Part shown: positions 59,010 through 64,000 of the stretch, piece by piece
Position numbering within the stretch: the first letter of the stretch is position 1
Layout of the letters: each line of letters opens with the position of its first letter
From: OMG group bacterium
Lineage (GTDB): Bacteria; Pseudomonadota; Gammaproteobacteria; Pseudomonadales; Azotimanducaceae
Assembly (NCBI GenBank): GCA_012267385.1
Contig: JAAXGW010000024.1
Location: 19,536-83,535 of the forward strand
Direction: 5' to 3'
DNA length: 64,000 nucleotides
Notes under the pieces: generated by a model
What the model was told of the DNA's origin: nothing
Database searches by the model: none
What the model saw: only the letters and a program-made list of their open reading frames with translations
Translations under genes and position numbers: made by a program

Positions 59010-60068
59010 CTACTTTCGCTCGGGTAATAGCTTTTCGTTTCTTTGCTGCTTGGCTTCGATTTCTTCGCGCGTCTTCCGCAACTGAATAAAACGCTCGGGC
59101 GTGGATGGATGTGTCAGAATCCATCCTATGCGCGATATGTCTTCCGTCGCTAACCGACGCCACAGATTTTCAACGCCCGTTGAGTCGATCCCAGCGTTCG
59201 CTAACAAATAGAGTGCTAAATAATCTGCTTCCACTTCATATGGTTTGGTGAATGCTCGGACCGATAGACGACTAATTCCTCCGTTAGTCCAAACGTTCCA
59301 ACGTAACGCAAGCAGATCAAAAACAACCCCTACTGCCCCCCTCGCTCGAGCATAGACCAAGTGATTCGAAATGTTGTGTGCTAGTTCGTGCGCGATGACA
59401 TATTGCAACTCTTCGTCCGTTTCTACGAATGTGAAAATCCCGTTAAGTATTTTTATATGTCTACCAGTTGCATAGGCGTTAATGCAAGTACCACCAGCAA
59501 GCGAAATTTCAGATCGGCAAGCTAATACTGGATTCACTTCAATATTTTTTCTTTCGTCATTTCGCAGAATGCGCAATTGGATTGGATCCGTGCGCTTAGC
59601 CGTGAACTCTCTTGTAGACCTCGCCAGCAAACGACGGGCGTCAGCACTAGACTTAACACGCTTTGAGTCAATTGCAAGAATGCGATCTCCAACTTCAACT
59701 CCTGCCTTAGCTGCGGGCGAGTCGTCAGCTACTCCCCAAACAACGGGTTCTTCACCGATAGTCTGCTCATCGTCCGATATCCAAGACAGGTTGGTTAGGA
59801 TGGAAGACTGCCTTGACAACCACAACCCTGTTCGGTGTCGAACGAAGTCGTCGCACATCTCGAGGTTACTAACCAAAATTGGCCAAGACAGGTTAGCCAA
59901 CTTTTGTGTTCGTTCGATTATCGTACGTTCAGCAAATTCGAGCTGATTTTTGACCTCTTGTTGAAGTTCGTAGTTGGATATCTCTGGCACATCCGATACA
60001 ACCGCACAACTTGCCAATAAGTAGGAGATTCCAAGTACACATAGAATCTTGCAACTACGATACATCAT
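59010..60068 (-). CDS. M48-family zinc metalloprotease with PDZ domain, lipoprotein
   Basis: It has the HExxH motif (VIAHELAHNISNH) and a PDZ-like ...AAKAGVEVGDRILAIDSKRV... region. The likely start is ATG 60068 (MMYRSCKILCVLGISYLLASC, lipobox); the ORF track begins at TTG 60119. Confidence 0.75.
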   Translation of the reverse strand: MMYRSCKILCVLGISYLLASCAVVSDVPEISNYELQQEVKNQLEFAERTIIERTQKLANLSWPILVSNLEMCDDFVRHRTGLWLSRQSSILTNLSWISDDEQTIGEEPVVWGVADDSPAAKAGVEVGDRILAIDSKRVKSSADARRLLARSTREFTAKRTDPIQLRILRNDERKNIEVNPVLACRSEISLAGGTCINAYATGRHIKILNGIFTFVETDEELQYVIAHELAHNISNHLVYARARGAVGVVFDLLALRWNVWTNGGISRLSVRAFTKPYEVEADYLALYLLANAGIDSTGVENLWRRLATEDISRIGWILTHPSTPERFIQLRKTREEIEAKQQRNEKLLPERK

Positions 60069-60263
60069 TTGGTGGTGTGTTTGCAAGAATTCAGTATGTA
60101 GTCGATGTGGGTTAGACAAGCGGACTCCTTTTCTTAAGTAATTTGTCCGATAAAGAAGTAAAGTGATAAAAAATTGTATCTAGAAAGCGTAGTACAGACT
60201 TTAGCCTGCGGCTCGACAGAAGATAACATCTACGAAAATGTTGTCATGAACCTTTAAAGAAAT

Positions 60264-61889
60264 ATGACAGAACTCAACAGACTAGCTTTGATACGTCCTT
60301 TCGAACTACAACCTGAACAACCGAAGTGGTTGAATCGATGGTCGCCTGAAGATGTTTGGAACCTGCTGAAAGCAGCTTGTGTTGGCGATGTAAACTCCGT
60401 ACGCAACCTATTGAAGAAAGATCCTACACTCGTTCATGCCAACTACTGGTACACTTCCCCTCTACGCATTGCTGCTCGAGAGGGACACGAACTTGTCGTT
60501 AAAGAACTTCTGTTGCACAAGTCAATCTGGGACGAAGATCCGATTGACAACCGAGACAACGTGGCACAAATAGCTCTCGACCATGGACATTGTGATCTTG
60601 CGCTGTATTTGAGGAATCAAAATGCTTCACTCGCAGCTAAAGATCAAGCGATTCACCTTGCAGTACGACAACGTGAATACGAAACCGTAAACACTATTCT
60701 GAACAGTGATTCGCGCCACGTGGATCTGATTGGTTCCCGTGCAAAAACACCGTTGCACTTCGCGGTTGAGAATGAAGACATCGACATGATTGAACTTCTT
60801 GTTGAGAAAGGGGCGAATGTTGATCAGATTGCATACAGTAGTCATGACCGGCTTGGTACGTTTGGGTTTAGACCGGTTACATCTGCATTGTGGTTCCATG
60901 GATTTTGGCGACAGCGAAATAACTATGAAATAGTAGAGTACTTGGTTTCAAAGGGATCTGCGTATACGCTCCCAATTGCGGCAGCTTGCGGCGACCTGAA
61001 GCGTGTAGAAACCATACTGAATCGACAGCATAAGGACCCGGACTACGCGGAACCTTGTGGAAAGAGAGCACTTTCTGCTGCTGCTGAAAGGAATCATCTA
61101 GAAATTGTCGAGGTATTGCTTCAGAATGATGCGAACCCAAATCTTCCCGAGGGACCCTATTGCCCTAACGGATATGCATTGTGGAGTGCCGCTCGTTTCG
61201 GTCATACAAACGTTGTCAAGTTGTTGTTGGATCACGGTGCGGATCCCAACGCTCAAGTAGATTCCTCTGGCTCCCCAATTGAAGCGACGAACGATTCTGA
61301 GATTCGCGAGCTATTGTCTCAACATGGTGGTCGAATATCGATTATCGCAAACTTTCATAACAAAAACATCGACTATGTCGAAGAATTTTTAGACAAACAC
61401 CCGAATCAATTATCAGAGACCGAGATAGCTCAAGGATTTGCGGCAGGAGTACGGAACAGCGACGCTCAATTGGTGGAGCTACTACTCAACAAAGGATTCA
61501 GAGTACCGTCGACAGTATCGATTTGTCAAACCTATCTCTGGTATGATCTCAAGTTGGCGGAGTTACTGCTGGAGAGTGGAATGGATCCAAATTTACCAAA
61601 TTGGCAACGAGTGACTCCATTGCACCACATGGCCGGGCAGGGCACTGTTTCTGGAGCTAAGTTATTTCTAAAATACGGTGCCGACCCGTCATTGGTCGAT
61701 GCTGAGTACCGTACCACTCCTTTGGGATGGGCGGCTCGCGAAGGGCAAACGGACTTTGTGAAATTCCTATTGGAGTATGACTCTAAATTAAAGACCGCCT
61801 ATTCTTCCAATGCAGACAAAAAATTTACTACCCCCTTGTTTTGGGCAAGTAAACGAGGCCATCAGAATATAGTAAAACTACTAAGCTAG
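60264..61889 (+). CDS. ankyrin-repeat protein
   Basis: 541 aa with many ANK units (...TPLHFAVENEDIDMIELLVEKGANVD..., ...SAARFGHTNVVKLLLDHGADPN..., ...TPLHHMAGQGTVSGAKLFLKYGADPS..., ...ASKRGHQNIVKLL). Confidence 0.85.
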   Translation: MTELNRLALIRPFELQPEQPKWLNRWSPEDVWNLLKAACVGDVNSVRNLLKKDPTLVHANYWYTSPLRIAAREGHELVVKELLLHKSIWDEDPIDNRDNVAQIALDHGHCDLALYLRNQNASLAAKDQAIHLAVRQREYETVNTILNSDSRHVDLIGSRAKTPLHFAVENEDIDMIELLVEKGANVDQIAYSSHDRLGTFGFRPVTSALWFHGFWRQRNNYEIVEYLVSKGSAYTLPIAAACGDLKRVETILNRQHKDPDYAEPCGKRALSAAAERNHLEIVEVLLQNDANPNLPEGPYCPNGYALWSAARFGHTNVVKLLLDHGADPNAQVDSSGSPIEATNDSEIRELLSQHGGRISIIANFHNKNIDYVEEFLDKHPNQLSETEIAQGFAAGVRNSDAQLVELLLNKGFRVPSTVSICQTYLWYDLKLAELLLESGMDPNLPNWQRVTPLHHMAGQGTVSGAKLFLKYGADPSLVDAEYRTTPLGWAAREGQTDFVKFLLEYDSKLKTAYSSNADKKFTTPLFWASKRGHQNIVKLLS

Positions 61890-61927
61890 TTGATGTCGTT
61901 CTGGTTTTACTTTGAAAAATACAGGTC

Positions 61928-62092
61928 TTATATTTCCACCATGTCAAAGTCGCTTTTTGGAGTACCGCATTCAGGACAAACCCAATCCTCGGGAACATCT
62001 TCCCAGCGAGTTCCCGGAGCGATTCCATCGATGGGTTCTCCTATGGCTTCGTCATAGACGTACCCACAAGTTAGACACTGGTATTTATTCAT
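61928..62092 (-). CDS. rubredoxin
   Basis: Not in the ORF track because it is 54 aa, under the 60-aa cutoff. My reverse-strand translation is [54 protein letters not shown], with the two CxxCG knuckles and the conserved W/DW of rubredoxins. Confidence 0.85.
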   Translation of the reverse strand: MNKYQCLTCGYVYDEAIGEPIDGIAPGTRWEDVPEDWVCPECGTPKSDFDMVEI

Positions 62093-62211
62093 TACACTCC
62101 CTTGTTTGAAATACGATTGAAGTAGAAATAGACGATAATTTTAGCTTTGAATAGTTTACCAATTCTTGGTTTGAGTTGAGCAGCCGTAAAAGAGGAACGC
62201 GAACATACCCG

Positions 62212-62976
62212 ATGACACATAAAGTACTAGTTACTGGCTTAAGTGGATTGATCGGTTCAATTCTTCGTACTGAGCTTGAGCGCGTTTGTGAAGTCAGTGC
62301 GCTAAATCGTAGCGCAGTTGAAGGAGTACCAACCACTCAAGCAGACATTGCCAATGAAGACGCAATGCGACCGGCGTTCAACGGTATTGATACAGTAATA
62401 CACTTGGCTGCGAAAGCAGGTGGTCGCCACCCGTGGCCGGATCTCCACACAACAAACTTTGTGGAGACCTACAACGTGCTAAAACTGGCTCAAGAGTCTA
62501 AATGTAGCCGCTTTATCTTCGCTAGTAGTGGAGCAACTGTCACTGGCTACGAAACAATCGAGCCGTACCAATCTATAGTCAAGGGCTACTATTCAAATGT
62601 ATCGGAGGACTTCGTTCGGATAGATCACAAGCAGCCGGTCTGGTCATCCGGTCTTTACGGATCGACAAAGATCTGGGGTGAAGCGATTTCTCGCAACTTT
62701 GCCGATTCATCCGAAATGAGCGTGTTTTGTGTTCGTATAGGCTATGTGAATCGTGAAAACAAACCACAAAAAAATCGAGATTGGGCAACGTGGTGTAGTC
62801 AACGAGATGTTGTCAATGCGCTCATGGCCTGCGTAACCAAGACACATCCAGAGAAATTTACAACATTTTTTGTCACTTCAAACAATAAATGGGGCTATCG
62901 AGACTTGACGCACGCGAACCACACTGTTGGTTTTACTCCGATTGACGCAGCCGAGAACTATCGTGAATCGAATTAA
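62212..62976 (+). CDS. NAD-dependent epimerase/dehydratase-family (extended SDR) protein
   Basis: It has the Rossmann motif VLVTGLSGLIGS after ATG 62212 and the catalytic YGSTK (YxxxK). The ORF track begins at TTG 62176. Confidence 0.75.
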   Translation: MTHKVLVTGLSGLIGSILRTELERVCEVSALNRSAVEGVPTTQADIANEDAMRPAFNGIDTVIHLAAKAGGRHPWPDLHTTNFVETYNVLKLAQESKCSRFIFASSGATVTGYETIEPYQSIVKGYYSNVSEDFVRIDHKQPVWSSGLYGSTKIWGEAISRNFADSSEMSVFCVRIGYVNRENKPQKNRDWATWCSQRDVVNALMACVTKTHPEKFTTFFVTSNNKWGYRDLTHANHTVGFTPIDAAENYRESN

Positions 62977-63730
62977 TCAGATTATCGCAGGTTGTTGTTT
63001 CACTCTTCTTTTGTGGAGTGGGTTCACGTTAGCATCTGAAGAACTCACGGTTGCAGTCGCGACAAACTTTCTGACTACGGCTGAAGAGTTGATTGAACAG
63101 TTTGAAAAGCAATCAGACATAGAGATAACTGTGGTGGCTGGTTCCTCAGGACAGCTCTTCGCACAAGCTAAGAATGGCGCACCTTACGATGTTTTCTTTT
63201 CCGCGGACCAAGAAAAAATCGAAGCGATTGTTGACGAGAATCTCGGAATCGAAGACTCCCGTATAACTTATGCACTTGGACGTTTGTGCTTCATGTTGAA
63301 TCCCAAAAAAGACTACGAACAATCCGCCCGTAAACTCTTTGAAAGCCTGGAATTCAAACGTATCGTTCTTGCGAATCCCAAACTCGCGCCGTACGGGATT
63401 GCTGCCGAAGAAGTGTTTGACAAATTGGAAGTAGACTTGTCAAGCGAAAAGAAGAAAGTAATTCTGGCGGTAAATGTTGGAAAGGCTTACTCGATCGTAA
63501 ACTCTGGCAACGTCGACGCTGGGATGGTTGCGTTGTCATCTGTTCTGGATGACGAACTCAACAGCCAACATTTCTACGTTCTCCCTGAAGAGTATTACAG
63601 TCCACTACTGCAGGATGCCATAATCTTGAGTCGTACAGAGAATGAAACGAATGCTCGCGCATTCTTTGACTTTGTTCAGAGTGATGATGCGAAAGCTATT
63701 ATTCGAAGCAATGGCTATGAGCTTGATTGA
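62963..63730 (+). CDS. modA: molybdate ABC transporter substrate-binding protein
   Basis: ...LTVAVATNF..., ...AGSSGQLFAQAKNGAPYDVFFSAD... and ...LAPYGIAA... are ModA hallmarks. The likely start is GTG 62963 (signal peptide ...CCFTLLLWSGFTLASE); the ORF track begins at TTG 62927. Confidence 0.8.
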   Translation: MNRINQIIAGCCFTLLLWSGFTLASEELTVAVATNFLTTAEELIEQFEKQSDIEITVVAGSSGQLFAQAKNGAPYDVFFSADQEKIEAIVDENLGIEDSRITYALGRLCFMLNPKKDYEQSARKLFESLEFKRIVLANPKLAPYGIAAEEVFDKLEVDLSSEKKKVILAVNVGKAYSIVNSGNVDAGMVALSSVLDDELNSQHFYVLPEEYYSPLLQDAIILSRTENETNARAFFDFVQSDDAKAIIRSNGYELD

Positions 63731-64000
63731 ACTCAGCTAATCTTTCAGCTATCTGGATAACAATCCAGCTGGCAGCTGTGACAACCATCGTGCTTTTCTT
63801 AATCGGTGGCCCGGTCGCTTGGTGGCTCGCACGTACCCAAGCAAAAGGTAGATCCGTAGTGGAAGCACTAACCACTTTACCGCTAGTGCTCCCTCCTACC
63901 GTACTCGGTTTTTACTTTCTGCTGTTATTTAATCCACATGCTCCCCTTGGTTCCTTTTTTGTATGGATCACCGGTGAGACCCTCACGTTTACTTTCCATG
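63727..64000 (+). CDS. modB: molybdate ABC transporter permease, 5' part only
   Basis: Not in the ORF track because it runs off the window. TTG 63727 overlaps the modA stop. The translation ...IWITIQLAAVTTIVLFLIGGPVAWWLARTQAKGRSVVEALTTLPLVLPPTVLGFYFLLLF... matches the ModB N-terminus. Confidence 0.75.
   Translation, partial: MNSANLSAIWITIQLAAVTTIVLFLIGGPVAWWLARTQAKGRSVVEALTTLPLVLPPTVLGFYFLLLFNPHAPLGSFFVWITGETLTFTFH

Noticed and set aside
61912-62109. A 65-aa + ORF and the 66-aa - ORF 61828-62028 from the ORF track.
   Set aside because: Both overlap the rubredoxin gene or the ankyrin 3' end in other frames or strands and give implausible sequences.
1-64000. CRISPR arrays, short tandem repeats, rRNA genes.
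   Set aside because: Reading the intergenic regions showed no regularly spaced short direct repeats and no rRNA-like sequence. The only repeats are the diverged multi-kb gene-pair units.

Overview
This 64-kb window looks like chromosomal DNA from a Gammaproteobacterium. The evidence is the infC-rpmI-rplT-pheS-pheT-ihfA-MerR-tRNA-Pro synteny and E. coli-like tRNA-Val(GAC) and tRNA-Asn. GC looks mid-40s % by eye. Gene calls rest on motif recognition in the supplied translations plus my own reverse-complement reading of gaps. No searches were run, and all identity figures are eyeball estimates.

Content from left to right:
- A COG2308/COG2307/COG1305 triad (ATP-grasp, alpha-E, transglutaminase).
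- DUF899, then the translation/IHF operon.
- A two-gene type II restriction-modification module.
- A ~18.5-kb minus-strand array (12.6-31.1 kb) of five tandem, strongly diverged copies of a two-gene unit.
- A secreted protein, tRNA-Val, uvrB and an FGE/SUMF1-like protein.
- A second, plus-strand locus (36.0-43.9 kb) with two tandem copies of a related two-gene unit.
- Housekeeping and accessory genes: YbjQ, HIT, a LapG-like peptidase, TrmH, two Tat-signal aldo/keto reductases, larC-larB...larE, xthA, tRNA-Asn, an M48-PDZ protease, an ankyrin protein, rubredoxin, an SDR, and modA-modB.

The standout is the 14-member family (12 intact genes, 2 decayed). Each member is ~490-636 aa with a single N-terminal membrane anchor and an all-helical repeat body, and the genes are always arranged as heterotypic pairs. 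I cannot assign them to any characterised family. The two loci point away from each other around uvrB.

Secondary observations:
- ATC start codons with good Shine-Dalgarno sites on infC and on the ATP-grasp gene.
- Decay lesions in two paralogues.
- Gene-conversion-like identical tracts between paralogues.
- Two perfect palindromes in the array leader.
- A frame break sitting exactly on a T-TTA-AAA heptamer.
- A split larCB/larE cluster with no larA in the window.
- A rubredoxin gene that falls below the ORF-track length cutoff.
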